Numbered from the stretch's first letter, positions 1 through 10,075 are shown. The stretch is 64,000 nucleotides of DNA from Anaeromyxobacter sp. (GCA_049840735.1 JASGJN010000020.1:608001-672000); one strand, 5' to 3'. The notes: generated by a model not told the origin, from the letters alone. Numbers and translations: made by a program.

Positions 1-386
1 CTGAACGGCTTCTCCAGCGCGCGCTCGGCGCCGACCAGCGGCGCGTCGCGCACGTAGGCGCTGGCCACGATCACCGGGCGGTCGCGGTGGTCCGGCTGCT
101 CGCGCAGCCAGGACAGGAAGGTCCAGCCGTCCATCCGCGGCATGGTCAGGTCGAGCAGGATCACGTCCGGCTGGAGCCCGGCCACCAGCAGCTCCACCGC
201 CGCCTGCCCGTCCTCGGCCTCCACCGCCTCGTAGCCCTTCGACTCCAGCCAGCGGGCCACCAGGTCGCGCAGCTCCGCCTCGTCCTCCACCACCAGCACG
301 CGCGCGCGCGGCTCGAGCCGCACCTCGCCGCCCGCGTCGGCGGTCGTCAGCTCGGGGGTGGCTGTGGTCTGGACTTCCTCGGGCAT
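1..386 (-). CDS. Single-domain response regulator receiver (CheY-like), runs off window edge
   Basis: Manual translation MPEEV...RVLVVEDEAELRD...PDVILLDLTMPRMDGW...VIVASA...LEKPF; receiver motifs ED, D-x-x-MP-x-x-DG and KPF. Confidence 0.85.
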   Translation of the reverse strand, partial: MPEEVQTTATPELTTADAGGEVRLEPRARVLVVEDEAELRDLVARWLESKGYEAVEAEDGQAAVELLVAGLQPDVILLDLTMPRMDGWTFLSWLREQPDHRDRPVIVASAYVRDAPLVGAERALEKPF

Positions 387-610
387 GGGTTGCTCGCGCG
401 TACGGGTCCGGGCTGGCCCTAACCTGGGGCCGGGCTGCGCGCACCGGAACCGGAGCGCGCCGTCCCTCCCCGCGGGGGCCCGGCGCGACGCTCCATGCAG
501 GCGAGGGCCTGGAGCAGCGCCACGCGGGGCAACAGGCTACAACCTTGCCGGTGGTGAGGGCCACGCCGCCCCCCGCCCGGGAGCAGACCTGGCGTCCGAG
601 GGAGCGCAGC

Positions 611-1669
611 ATGGCCCGCAAGCAGCTCCAGCTCGAGGTGGCCGGACGGACGGTCGCCATCTCCAACCCGGACAAGCCGTACTTCCCCGAGGCCGGGATC
701 ACCAAGCTCGACCTGGTCCAGTACTTCCTGGCCGTTGCCGACGGCGCGCTCCGCGGCGTGCGCGATCGCCCCATGGCGCTGAAGCGCTTCGTGGACGGCG
801 CCGCCGGCGAGTTCTTCTTCCAGAAGCGCGCGCCGGCCTCCCGCCCGCCCTGGGTCGACGTGGTGGAGCTGGCCTTCCCCTCCGGCCGCACCGCCCAGGA
901 GGTGGTGGTGCGCGACGCGGCCCAGCTGGCCTGGGTCGTGAACCTCGGCTGCATGGACCTGAACCCTCACCCGGTCCGCGCCGGAGACCTCGACCACCCC
1001 GACGAGCTGCGCGTCGACCTCGACCCGGTGCCGGGCGTGCCATGGAAGCAGATCTGCGACGTGGCGCTGCTGGTGCGCGAGGTGCTGGAGGAGCACGGCC
1101 TGACCGGCTGGCCCAAGACCAGCGGCTCGCGCGGCATCCACGTCAACGTCCGGATCGCGCCGCGCTGGGGCTTCGGCGAGGTGCGCCAGGCCGCGCTGGC
1201 GCTGGCGCGCGAGGTGGAGCGGCGGGCGCCGGCCCTGGCCACCCACAAGTGGTGGAAGGAGGAGCGGCACGGCGTCTTCATCGACTACAACCAGAACGCC
1301 AAGGATCGGACCGTGGCCTCCGCCTACTCGGTGCGCCCCACGCCCGACGCCCGCGTCTCCACGCCGCTCACCTGGGACGAGGTGCCCGCCTGCGACCCGG
1401 CGGCCTTCACGCTGCGCACCGTGCCGGAGCGGTTCGCGCGCCTGGGCGACCTGCACGCCGGCATCGACGACGCCGCCGGGCAGCTGGACGGGCTGCTGGA
1501 CCTGGCGGCGCGGCAGCGCGCCGGCGGGCTGGGCGACGCGCCCTGGCCCCCGCACTACGCGCGCGGCGAGGACGAGCCGCCGCGCGCGCCGCCCTCGCGC
1601 CGCCGCGTCCCTGCGTCGCGCGGCCCCCGGGCCACCCCTGACACCGACAGTGACGCCCACCACCGCTGA
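611..1669 (+). CDS. LigD-type polymerase / Prim-PolC (AEP primase-polymerase domain protein)
   Basis: ISNPDKPYFP, RVDLDP, KTSGSRGIHV, FIDYNQNAKDRT, AYSVR motifs; GGAG RBS before ATG 611. Confidence 0.9.
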   Translation: MARKQLQLEVAGRTVAISNPDKPYFPEAGITKLDLVQYFLAVADGALRGVRDRPMALKRFVDGAAGEFFFQKRAPASRPPWVDVVELAFPSGRTAQEVVVRDAAQLAWVVNLGCMDLNPHPVRAGDLDHPDELRVDLDPVPGVPWKQICDVALLVREVLEEHGLTGWPKTSGSRGIHVNVRIAPRWGFGEVRQAALALAREVERRAPALATHKWWKEERHGVFIDYNQNAKDRTVASAYSVRPTPDARVSTPLTWDEVPACDPAAFTLRTVPERFARLGDLHAGIDDAAGQLDGLLDLAARQRAGGLGDAPWPPHYARGEDEPPRAPPSRRRVPASRGPRATPDTDSDAHHR

Positions 1670-1738
1670 CACCCGCGGGTGAATGCCTGTTAACGTCCTC
1701 CCGTCCCAGGGGTCCTGCCCTGAGGGAGGAGGACCACC

Positions 1739-3640
1739 TTGAACAGACCGCTCGCCGCCCTGCTCCTGGGAATCACCGCCTGCGCCACCGGCCCCATCGG
1801 CCCCATCACCACCGCCCAGCTGCACGAGCGCCCCGGCGCGGCCGCGCTGGCCTCCTACCTGGCCCAGGCCGACGCCAGCGGCGACGCCTGCGCGCGGGTG
1901 GCCGCGGCGCTGCCCGCCGCCGAGCTGCAGAAGCTGCCGGGGCGCCTCCTCGAGGGGCTGCGCCGCGGGACAATCCAGCCGGCCACCTTCACCCGCTGCG
2001 CCCAGGCGCTCTGGCCGGTCCTGCCGGCGGCGGCGTCCTCGGACCTCGCCACAGCCACGCTCGCCGGCGCCATGGACGCGCTGCGCACCGGCGTGGTGGA
2101 CGAGCAGCCCTCCCTGCAGGCCCAGCTGGCGGCGCTGCAGGAGGTGTACGCGGACCGTCCCGCCGCCGCGAAGGCCGCCGACCACCCGCGCCGTCAGGCC
2201 ATGGGGAGCCTGAACGGCCTGCTCCGGAAGGCGCCCGCAGGGAGCCCCACCGCCCGCGCCGCGGCCGCGCTGCTGGCGCTGGTGGAGCTGGAGGGCGGGC
2301 GCAGCGATGGGCGGCCGGTGGATCCGGCCGCGCTGGCGGCGCGCGCCGCCGCCGGTGACGAGCCGTCGCTCTGGGCCATGGCCCACCGGCTCCCCAATCC
2401 CGCGCTGCGGACCGAGGCGGAGCGGCAGCTCGTCCGGGTCCGCATCGCCCGCTCGCCCTTCCCCGAGGTCCAGGCCGCGGCCGCCCAGGTGGAGGCGGCG
2501 GTGCTCCGTGACGGCGTCAACGCCCTCGACGCCGCCAGGCATCCGGTGCGCGGCGGCCACCTCGACCTCCCGGCGCTGCCGGCGCGCACGCTCCTGGTGC
2601 GCCAGCAGCTCTCCCCCTTCGACCCCGCCGGCCGGACCACGCTGCTGCTGGGGACGTCCCCGGAGCGGCCGCAGCCCTCGGTGCTGCCGGCCCTGCCGCT
2701 CCACGGCGCGCTCTGGATTGAGGTGGACGGGCTGGGGCTGCCCGTCACCGTCTGTGAAGCCGGCCGGCCGCTGGATCCCTCGCCCTGCCTGGCCTCGGCG
2801 CAGGTCGCGGCCGGCCACCCGCTGGTCCGCGTGGAGGGCGGGGCGGTGCGGCTGGAGGAGCGGCCCGCGCCGGCCGAGGTCGCGGCGCTGGCCCGCGGCG
2901 GCGACCAGCTCGCGGCGGCGCTCCTGGCGGGCGGCCGCGAGGTGGCGCGGGTGGGCTGGCCGGTGGTGTTCGAGCGCCCGGGCGATTTGGTGTTCGCCGC
3001 GCCCGGCCCGGGCCAGGGCGGGCCAGACCTGGCGGTGCAGGTGGAGCGGCTGCCCGCCGGCCGGCTGCGCTACACGGTCGAGGCGCCGCCGGGCGGGCCG
3101 CAGCAGATCGTGCTGGAGCGGGCCGACGAGGCCGCCTTCCGCGTGATCACGCGCGGCGGGAGCGGGTCCGCCGGCGAGGACGGGCGCGACGGCCTGGACG
3201 GTGAAGACGGGGACAGCGGCGACGACGCCTCCTGCTTCATGAGGACGGGCGGCACCAGCGGGCGCAGCGGGCAGGACGGCCAGGACGGCACCATGGGCGC
3301 CCCAGGAGGCCCGGGCGGGGACGGCGGCGACGTGCGGGTGGTGATCGCGGCCCCCGAGGCCGAGCGCTCCGCGCTGCTCGAGCTGGTGCGGAGCACCGTG
3401 CGCACCGAGGGCGGCCGCGGCGGGTCGGGCGGGACGGGCGGCGACGGCGGCAAGGGCGGGCGCGGCGGGCGGGCCGGCATGGGCGCGAGCTGCACCGACG
3501 GAGACCGCTCCTTCTCGCTGGGCGGCGGGATCAGCGGCCACGACGGCCGGGACGGGCACAAGGGCCTGGACGGCGACGACGGCCCCGGCGGCCAGCCGGG
3601 GCGGATCACGCACCGGTGGGCGGCGCCGGACCGGTCCTGA
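1739..3640 (+). CDS. Putative lipoprotein with C-terminal Gly-X-X (collagen/polyglycine-like) tracts
   Basis: TTG start after GGAGGAGGA; lipobox-like ITAC; tracts GEDGRDGLDGEDGDSG, GGRGGSGGTGGDGGKGGRGG and others. Confidence 0.7.
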   Translation: MNRPLAALLLGITACATGPIGPITTAQLHERPGAAALASYLAQADASGDACARVAAALPAAELQKLPGRLLEGLRRGTIQPATFTRCAQALWPVLPAAASSDLATATLAGAMDALRTGVVDEQPSLQAQLAALQEVYADRPAAAKAADHPRRQAMGSLNGLLRKAPAGSPTARAAAALLALVELEGGRSDGRPVDPAALAARAAAGDEPSLWAMAHRLPNPALRTEAERQLVRVRIARSPFPEVQAAAAQVEAAVLRDGVNALDAARHPVRGGHLDLPALPARTLLVRQQLSPFDPAGRTTLLLGTSPERPQPSVLPALPLHGALWIEVDGLGLPVTVCEAGRPLDPSPCLASAQVAAGHPLVRVEGGAVRLEERPAPAEVAALARGGDQLAAALLAGGREVARVGWPVVFERPGDLVFAAPGPGQGGPDLAVQVERLPAGRLRYTVEAPPGGPQQIVLERADEAAFRVITRGGSGSAGEDGRDGLDGEDGDSGDDASCFMRTGGTSGRSGQDGQDGTMGAPGGPGGDGGDVRVVIAAPEAERSALLELVRSTVRTEGGRGGSGGTGGDGGKGGRGGRAGMGASCTDGDRSFSLGGGISGHDGRDGHKGLDGDDGPGGQPGRITHRWAAPDRS

Positions 3641-3650
3641 GCGCCCGCGC

Positions 3651-4741
3651 TCAGGGCGCCGCGCCGGCCCCGAAGATGCGGGTCAGCTCGTAGGGCGGCG
3701 TCGCCTCCAGCTGGTCGTACCGGCACGAGGCCGGCGTGCGGTCCGGCCGCCAGCGCAGGAACTGGGTGGCGTGCCGGAACCGGTCGCCCTGCAGGTGGTC
3801 GTAGGCCACCTCGCAGACCCGCTCGATCCGCAGCGGCTCCCAGGAGGAGATCCTTGCCCCGGTTCCAGCGGCTGCTCGCGCCGGGCAGGCGCCGGCCGGG
3901 GTCCTCGCCGGCCTCGCTCCACTCGGCCCAGTCGCGCCAGGGGTGGCCCTCGGCCGCGCCCTCGCGCAGCGGGGCCAGCTCCTGCACCAGCTCGCGCCGG
4001 CGCGCGGCGGTGAAGGCGCTGCAGATGCCCACGTGGTGCAGCACGCCCTCGGCGTCGTGCAGGCCGAGCAGGAGCGAGCCCACCATGGTCCCCTTCCCCT
4101 CCTTGTGCCAGCGGAAGCCGGCCACCACGCAGTCGGCGGTGCGCGCGTGCTTCACCTTCACCATGGCGCGCTTGCCGGGCTGGTAGGCGCCGTCGAGCCG
4201 CTTGGCCACCACGCCGTCCAGCCCGGCCCCCTCGAACCGGTCGAACCAGTCGGCGGCCGCGGCCCGGTCCTGCGTGGCCGGCGTCACCAGGACGCGGCCG
4301 CCGCCGCGCACCTCGCGCTCCAGCAGCGCCCGCCGTTCGGCCAGCGGCGCCCCGCGCAGGTCCCGGTCGCCCAGCGCCAGCAGGTCGAACAGCACCATGC
4401 TGGCCGGCGATCCGTCCGCCAGCAGCCGCACCCGCGAGGCGGCCGGGTGGATGCGCAGCAGCAGCGCCTCGAAGTCCAGGCCCTTGGCGCCAGCGATGAC
4501 GATCTCGCCGTCCACGGCGCAGCGGTCGGGCAGCGCCGCCAGCAGCGGCTCGCGCAGCTCGGGGAAGTAGCGATTCGAGCGGCTTCAGCTCGCGCGACTG
4601 GAGGTAGAGCTCCTGGCCGTCGCGGAACGCCAGCGCGCGGAAGCCGTCCCACTTCGGCTCGAAGAGCCAGCCCTCCCCCTCCGGCAGGCCGGGGCTCGAC
4701 TGGGCCAGCATGGGCCGATGGGGCGCGATGGGGAAGGGCAT
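3651..4741 (-). CDS. ligC: ATP-dependent DNA ligase LigC, two apparent frameshifts (~4574, ~3846; likely sequencing errors)
   Basis: EPKWDGFR (motif I), DGEIV, FDLL, DGVVAK, KVKH; C-terminal ...FRH...RWRPD in a third frame. Confidence 0.85.
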
Positions 4742-4905
4742 GGGTTCTCCAGGAGGTCTCGCCGCCTGCTCCGCCGGGCCGAGCCAGCTTAGCCGCCGCC
4801 CATCCGGCTCGACCAGGGCACGCCCCGGAAGCGGCCCTCGCCCGGGGCCTACGCGCCTGCGTCCAGCCGGTTGCCGCCAGGGGGACCGGGCCGGACCTTG
4901 TCGGC

Positions 4906-6354
4906 GTGGGCGCCTCGACCACCCTGCCCCGCCTGCGAACCTTCTTCACCGAGCGCGTATGGGACGTCCGGCTGACCGAGCTCCCGCGCGCCCGGCGGGC
5001 CGGCTACCGCCTGCTGCGCGTGCTCTCCTCGGCCGTGACCGGCTTCGTGACCAACGGCCTCACCGTCCGGGCCGCGGCGCTCACCTACTACAGCGTCCTC
5101 TCCATCGTCCCGTTCCTGGCCTTCACCTTCGCGGTGCTGAAGGGGTTCGGCGCGTACACGGCGCTCATCCAGGGCACCGTCCGCCCCTGGCTGGACGACA
5201 CCTTCGGCGCCAACCCCTCCCTGCACCAGGCCCTGCTGCGGATCCTCGAGTTCGTCGAGAAGACCAACGTCTCCAGCCTGGGGGCGGTGGGGCTCCTGGC
5301 GCTGGTCTACACCAGCGTCTCGCTGGTCTCGAGCGTGGAGGCCGCCCTCAACACGGCCTTCGGCGCCCGCGCCACCCGCCCGCCGCTCCGGCAGCTGACC
5401 GACTACGTCACGCTGCTGGTGACCACGCCGCTGCTGCTGTTCGTGGCCGCCACCCTCTCCACCGCGGCGCAGAGCTCGTGGCTGGTGGTCTTCCTGCGCG
5501 ACCAGCTGCAGCTGGGGCGGGTCATCGACCTGGCGCTGGGCCTCACGCCCATCGTGGTGGTGGGGCTGGCGCTCTTCGCCATGTACGTCATCCTGCCCAA
5601 CGTCCAGATCCGGCCGCGGTCGGCGCTGCTGGGGGCGGCGGTGGCGGCGCTGGGCTGGGAGGGCACGCTCATCCTCCACGTCCAGCTGCAGATGGGCGTG
5701 GCCCGCTACAACGCGCTCTACTCGGTGCTGGGCGCGCTGCCCATCTTCCTGGTCTGGACCTACGTCTCCTGGCTGGTGGTGCTGGCCGGCGCGGAGCTGG
5801 CCGCCAGCCACCAGAACGAGCCGCTCATGCGCGAGCGGCTGCGCGGGAAGCAGGCGGACCAGGCGCTGCGCGAGACGCTGGCGGTGGCGGCGGTGGCCCG
5901 GGTGACGTGCGACTTCCTGGCCGGCGGCCCGCGCCGCACCACGGCCGAGCTGGCGGAGGCGCTGGAGGTGCCGGCGCTGGTGGTGGAGGACATCCTGGAC
6001 GCGCTGGTCCGGGCCGGCGTGCTGGTGCGGGTGGTGGCGGGCGCCGGCATCGCCTTCCTCCCCGGCCGCGACCCGGGCGATCTGCGCGCCGCCGACGTGC
6101 GCGAGGCGCTGCGCCGCGACCCGCGGGCGGATCCGGTGCGGGCCGGGGTGGAGCGGCAGCTGGGGCCGGAGCTGCAGGCGCTGCTGGCCGCCTTCGAGGA
6201 GGAGCGACGGCGCTCGCCGCTCAACCTGACGCTGCGCGAGCTGGCGGCGCGGGTGCCGGGCGCGCCCGCCGCGCCCACCGGTCCGCGCCCGCCCGCGCCG
6301 GACGCCGACGGGACCCAGGTGCTGGATCCGAAGCAGCCGGAGGTGCCGGCGTGA
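4906..6354 (+). CDS. YihY/virulence factor BrkB family membrane protein with C-terminal winged-helix-like region
   Basis: AAALTYYSVLSIVP, YNALYSVLGALPIFLVWTYVSW motifs; several TM segments; start approximate. Confidence 0.85.
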   Translation: MGASTTLPRLRTFFTERVWDVRLTELPRARRAGYRLLRVLSSAVTGFVTNGLTVRAAALTYYSVLSIVPFLAFTFAVLKGFGAYTALIQGTVRPWLDDTFGANPSLHQALLRILEFVEKTNVSSLGAVGLLALVYTSVSLVSSVEAALNTAFGARATRPPLRQLTDYVTLLVTTPLLLFVAATLSTAAQSSWLVVFLRDQLQLGRVIDLALGLTPIVVVGLALFAMYVILPNVQIRPRSALLGAAVAALGWEGTLILHVQLQMGVARYNALYSVLGALPIFLVWTYVSWLVVLAGAELAASHQNEPLMRERLRGKQADQALRETLAVAAVARVTCDFLAGGPRRTTAELAEALEVPALVVEDILDALVRAGVLVRVVAGAGIAFLPGRDPGDLRAADVREALRRDPRADPVRAGVERQLGPELQALLAAFEEERRRSPLNLTLRELAARVPGAPAAPTGPRPPAPDADGTQVLDPKQPEVPA

Positions 6355-6368
6355 GCCTCTCCACTCCT

Positions 6369-6418
6369 GGGCTTCGACTCCGCGAGCCCTGCGGGCTCGC
6401 TACGCTCAGCCCGAACGG
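6369..6418 (+). repeat. REP-like structured element
   Basis: gggct-TCGACTCC-gcgagccc tgc gggctcgc-TACGCTC-agccc-GAACGG, between convergent genes. Confidence 0.85.
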
Positions 6419-6448
6419 AGTGCGGGGAGCCCAGCGCGCTGCGCCGGC

Positions 6449-7882
6449 TCAGCGCGCTGCGCCCGCGCAGCCCGGCGCCGGGACCAGGATCACCGCGGTG
6501 CGGGCCGGCAGCTCCAGCTCCAGCGTGGAAGGCCCCACCAGCCGCGCCGGCACCGGGCGTCCGCCCACGGCGTCCCAGGTCGGCGCCTCGCCCGGCTCGA
6601 TGGGGAGCGCCACCCGGACCGTGGCCGCCTCGCCCAGGTTGGCCACCACCACGGCGTAGCCGGCGGTGCCTGCGTCGCGCACGAAGGCGAAGGCGCCCTC
6701 GTTGCCCTCCACCGGCGCGCGCCGGTAGGCCCCGTCGCGCAGCGCCGGGAGCCGCTCGCGGAGCGCGGCCAGCCGGGCGTAGTGCGGGCGGAGGCGCAGT
6801 GGATCGTCGCCCCAGCGGACCGGCGGCCCGTCGTCGTAGGGCCGGTAGGCCGCGCCCACCTCCTCGCCGGTGTAGATGACCGCGAGCCCGGGCAGCGCGT
6901 GGACCAGCGCCGCGGCGGCCCGGGTGAGCGCGGCGCCATGGCGGGTCACGAAGCGATCGCCGGTGTCGTTGTTGTCGAGGAAGCGCAGCACCCGGTCCGG
7001 CGGCGTCCCGCCCGCGCCAAGGGCCGCGTCGAGCTTCGGACCGGCGTGGGCCGGATCCTCGAACACGCCCTCCCAGGCCCAGTGGCCCAGTTCGCCGGTC
7101 CAGTCATAGGCCGCGTCGAACCCCTCCGCGATGTAGGCCGGATCCCGGGCGCTGGCCTCCGCCACCAGCAGCGCGGCCGGCTTGACCCGCCGCACCGCCT
7201 GCACCAGCTCTGGCCAGAAGGTGGGGTCGGCCGCCTGGGGGCCCCAGGCCGCGTCCACCCTGAAGCCGTCCACGTCGTAGCGCTCGACCCAGTGGACCAG
7301 CGCGCGGGTCAGCATCCGGCGGACCTCGGGGTTGCGGTGATCGAGCTTGGGGAGGTGCGCCCAGTCGAAGTCGTGCCGGACCTTCCCGTCCTCGTCGCGG
7401 GCGTAGAGCGCCCAGGAGGGCGAGGCCCGGCCGCGACGCTCCGCGTCCCGGTAGAGCGGGTGGGCGACGGAGGTGTGGTTCGGCACCACGTCGAGGAGCA
7501 CCTTGATCCCCCGGGCGTGCGCCCCGGCCACCAGCGCCGACAGGTCCGCCGGCGTGCCGTAGTCGGGCCGGAGCTTCAGGTAGTCCGTGACCGCGTAGCT
7601 GATGTGGCCCCGGTCGTCGGTGTCGGTCACGGGCGCGAGCCACAGCACGTCCACGCCCAGCGCCGCGAGGGCCCCCAGCCGCGCCGTGACGCCGCGCAGC
7701 GGCCGGTCGGCGTCGAAGAGCGGCGGCACCACCCCGTAGACCACCGCGCCGCGGTGCCAGGCGGGCGGGGGCGCGGCGTGGGCGCCGGGGAGGCTGCAGG
7801 CGGCCGGCTGCTGGGCACGGGAGGCGGCGGGCGCCCCCAGGGCGGCCAGCAGGGCGAGCGCGAGTGCACGAGGGAGGCTCAT
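6449..7882 (-). CDS. Secreted GH13 alpha-amylase family glycoside hydrolase
   Basis: Signal peptide; DVVPNHTS, DGFRVDAA, AEA, FLDNND regions (region IV has N where H is usual). Confidence 0.85.
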   Translation of the reverse strand: MSLPRALALALLAALGAPAASRAQQPAACSLPGAHAAPPPAWHRGAVVYGVVPPLFDADRPLRGVTARLGALAALGVDVLWLAPVTDTDDRGHISYAVTDYLKLRPDYGTPADLSALVAGAHARGIKVLLDVVPNHTSVAHPLYRDAERRGRASPSWALYARDEDGKVRHDFDWAHLPKLDHRNPEVRRMLTRALVHWVERYDVDGFRVDAAWGPQAADPTFWPELVQAVRRVKPAALLVAEASARDPAYIAEGFDAAYDWTGELGHWAWEGVFEDPAHAGPKLDAALGAGGTPPDRVLRFLDNNDTGDRFVTRHGAALTRAAAALVHALPGLAVIYTGEEVGAAYRPYDDGPPVRWGDDPLRLRPHYARLAALRERLPALRDGAYRRAPVEGNEGAFAFVRDAGTAGYAVVVANLGEAATVRVALPIEPGEAPTWDAVGGRPVPARLVGPSTLELELPARTAVILVPAPGCAGAAR

Positions 7883-7968
7883 GCGCCGCTGAACCGCCGG
7901 TGCGAAGCGGGTGTTCCGGGGGAACGACGACGCCCCGGCAGACCGAAGCCCGCCGGGGCGCCGCTTCA

Positions 7969-8005
7969 CTCCGCTCGTGGTTCGACAGGCTCACCACGAG
8001 CGGAG
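7969..8005 (+). repeat. Short REP-like element (no inner hairpin)
   Basis: ctccgctcgtggt-TCGAC AGGCTC-accacgagcggag, 13-bp perfect stem. Confidence 0.8.
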
Positions 8006-8037
8006 CGGATCCTCCCGAAGGATCGGGACCGGCGCGG

Positions 8038-9882
8038 CTAGAACCCCAGCGCCGCGCGCGACGCCGCCAGCGAGCCGCTGGTGGGGAAGCCCAGGCTGGT
8101 GACGAAGCTGGTCATGTCCGCGCCGGTGGCCTCGCTCAGGTAGACCACGTAGCTGTCGCCGGAGAGCTGCGAGCCGAAGGTGCAGCTGTTGGCCGTGAAG
8201 GTGTGCTTCGGCGTGAAGAGCCCCTTCATCGTGGTGGCGTTCCAGTACGGGCCGCTCGCCGCCCCGGACGCTTCCCCCAAGTGCTTGAGGTGCCAGAAGA
8301 TGCAGTCGCCCACGTCGTGCATCTCGGTGAGCGCGGCGCAGCTCTGGCTGAGGCTGTAGTCCGTGCCGCGCTTGTTCTTGAACTCGGACTCGGGACGGTA
8401 GCCCAGGTAGTTGGCGACCGCGTCGGCGAGCCCCTCGTTCAGGCAGCTGTTGTCGGCCGTGAAGAGCTGGGAATAGATGGCGTTGAAGATGGTGTGGGCA
8501 TGCTCGTGCGCGAACTCGGTCTTCAGGTGCGCGGCGATGCCGCCTGGATAGGTCGAGGCGAACCCGGGATTGCCCCAGTTGATAGACACCTCGCCGTTCC
8601 CGATGCTGACGTTGCCCTCGTGGCCCGCCAGCATCGAGATGTCGGCCGGGGAGTAGAAGGCGCGGTAGTTGGGCGGCGTGATGCCGAGGAGCGCCACCTC
8701 CTGCACGTAGATGGTCTCGGAGAAGGCCGCCACCTCGGCGTCGGTCACGGGCAGCGTGTAGGCCGGGGAGCGGATCACCGTGGAGATGCCATGCGCGTTC
8801 TGCAGCGAGGCGCCGGTGAACGGGATGTTGGTGGTGCCGCCCCAGACCGGAACCGTCCCGAAGCTGCCGATGGTGTCCAGGGTGACGCCGGCGGCGACGC
8901 CCAGGGTGGCCTGCGCGGCGTAGACCTGGGAGTACGGGCCCCACCAGTAGACCCAGCCGCTCACCCACATCGGCTGGACGTTGGCCGGGCTCGGCATGAC
9001 CTCATAGCCGCCCATCGACTGGCCGTTGAGGGTCCACTTGAGCGTGGTGGTCCTGGCGGCGGTGCAGGTCGAGACGCCCTCGGGGCAGAGGTTCAGCGCC
9101 GCGGTCTCGGTGCGGTTGGGCATCCAGGACGGGAGGTCCACCCAGACCGGGAAGCTGGCGAAGGTGGCGGCGCTGCTGCCGCGCGAGAAGACGTTGATCT
9201 GGCCGCACCTGGCCATGTGGTTGATGGAGGCGTACGGCGTGCCGCCCTGGGCGACGTTCCCCTCCCAGCCCGGGCCGTTCGAGATGTACGACTTCACCTC
9301 GAACCAGCGGGTGCCGTCGGCCGCCTGGTAGGCCTTCGAGCAGTCCATGTCCACGTCCACCATCCAGTAGTGGGCGCCGTAGGTGTTGAGCGGCTCGACG
9401 CCGTAGCCGTCCACCGCCACGGTCTTCACCGCGCCCCAGCCGCCGGGCCAGGTGTTGGTGGTCCAGTCGGCCGGCGTGCCCTGCGAGACGATGTTGTGCG
9501 AGACGCCGGTCTGGCCGCTCTCGGCGCCGTACCAGTCCAGCATCGTGTCGCCGGTCTTCCACGGGTTGGTGGTGGCGTTCCTGGTGTTGCGGTGGCGGAT
9601 GGGGATGGCGCAGGCGTAGTTGGTGCTGGTGCAGGTCAGGCCCAGCTTGGCCTTGGCCACGTCGTGGTCGATGCCGCCGCGGATGAACAGGTCCTGGCCG
9701 TCGGCGGTCTGGCCCTGGACGAAGATGACGGTGCGCTGCCAGTCGGCGGCGGTGGCCGCGGCCGGGGCCCCGTCGAAGGTGGCCGGCGCGGCGGGATCAC
9801 CCTGCTCGCTGCCGCCGCAGCCGGCGGCGAGGACGGTGAAGGCGGCGAGGACGGCGGTGCGGCGGAAGGCATTGCGGTTCAT
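8038..9882 (-). CDS. Lipoprotein: alpha-amylase C-terminal-propeptide-like domain plus HEXXH gluzincin-like metallopeptidase domain
   Basis: Lipobox AAGC; WQRTVIFVQGQT..GQDLFIRGGIDH...WMVDVDMDCS...WFEVK; AHEHAH...NEGLAD. Confidence 0.7.
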   Translation of the reverse strand: MNRNAFRRTAVLAAFTVLAAGCGGSEQGDPAAPATFDGAPAAATAADWQRTVIFVQGQTADGQDLFIRGGIDHDVAKAKLGLTCTSTNYACAIPIRHRNTRNATTNPWKTGDTMLDWYGAESGQTGVSHNIVSQGTPADWTTNTWPGGWGAVKTVAVDGYGVEPLNTYGAHYWMVDVDMDCSKAYQAADGTRWFEVKSYISNGPGWEGNVAQGGTPYASINHMARCGQINVFSRGSSAATFASFPVWVDLPSWMPNRTETAALNLCPEGVSTCTAARTTTLKWTLNGQSMGGYEVMPSPANVQPMWVSGWVYWWGPYSQVYAAQATLGVAAGVTLDTIGSFGTVPVWGGTTNIPFTGASLQNAHGISTVIRSPAYTLPVTDAEVAAFSETIYVQEVALLGITPPNYRAFYSPADISMLAGHEGNVSIGNGEVSINWGNPGFASTYPGGIAAHLKTEFAHEHAHTIFNAIYSQLFTADNSCLNEGLADAVANYLGYRPESEFKNKRGTDYSLSQSCAALTEMHDVGDCIFWHLKHLGEASGAASGPYWNATTMKGLFTPKHTFTANSCTFGSQLSGDSYVVYLSEATGADMTSFVTSLGFPTSGSLAASRAALGF

Positions 9883-10056
9883 TCGGTGTCGCTTCCCCTT
9901 TCTGGAAAGGGCGCGGAATGTAAGGGCCTCCCCGGTCACCCGTACGGAAATGGCGGTCATTGCGCACAAACACCGCAGAAGTCGCCGGGATCGTGCGACG
10001 CTTTGCCGTCCGATCGCGCAATCAATGACGGGCTCTTTTGGAATTCGGACTATTTG

Positions 10057-10075
10057 CATTGCACCCTCGGTGCAA
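10057..10075. promoter_or_regulatory. Palindromic candidate operator in relatively AT-rich divergent intergenic region
   Basis: attgcacc-ctc-ggtgcaat inverted repeat. Confidence 0.35.

Noticed and set aside
3170..3600. PE-PGRS or true collagen
   Set aside because: No PE domain, and the Gly-X-X tracts are short and interrupted; reported only as Gly-X-X tracts.
9900..10030. c-di-GMP-I (GEMM) riboswitch upstream of the lipoprotein
   Set aside because: Only a GGCAAA-like word is present; I could not find the GNRA-capped P2 and P3 arrangement. An Rfam scan would settle it.
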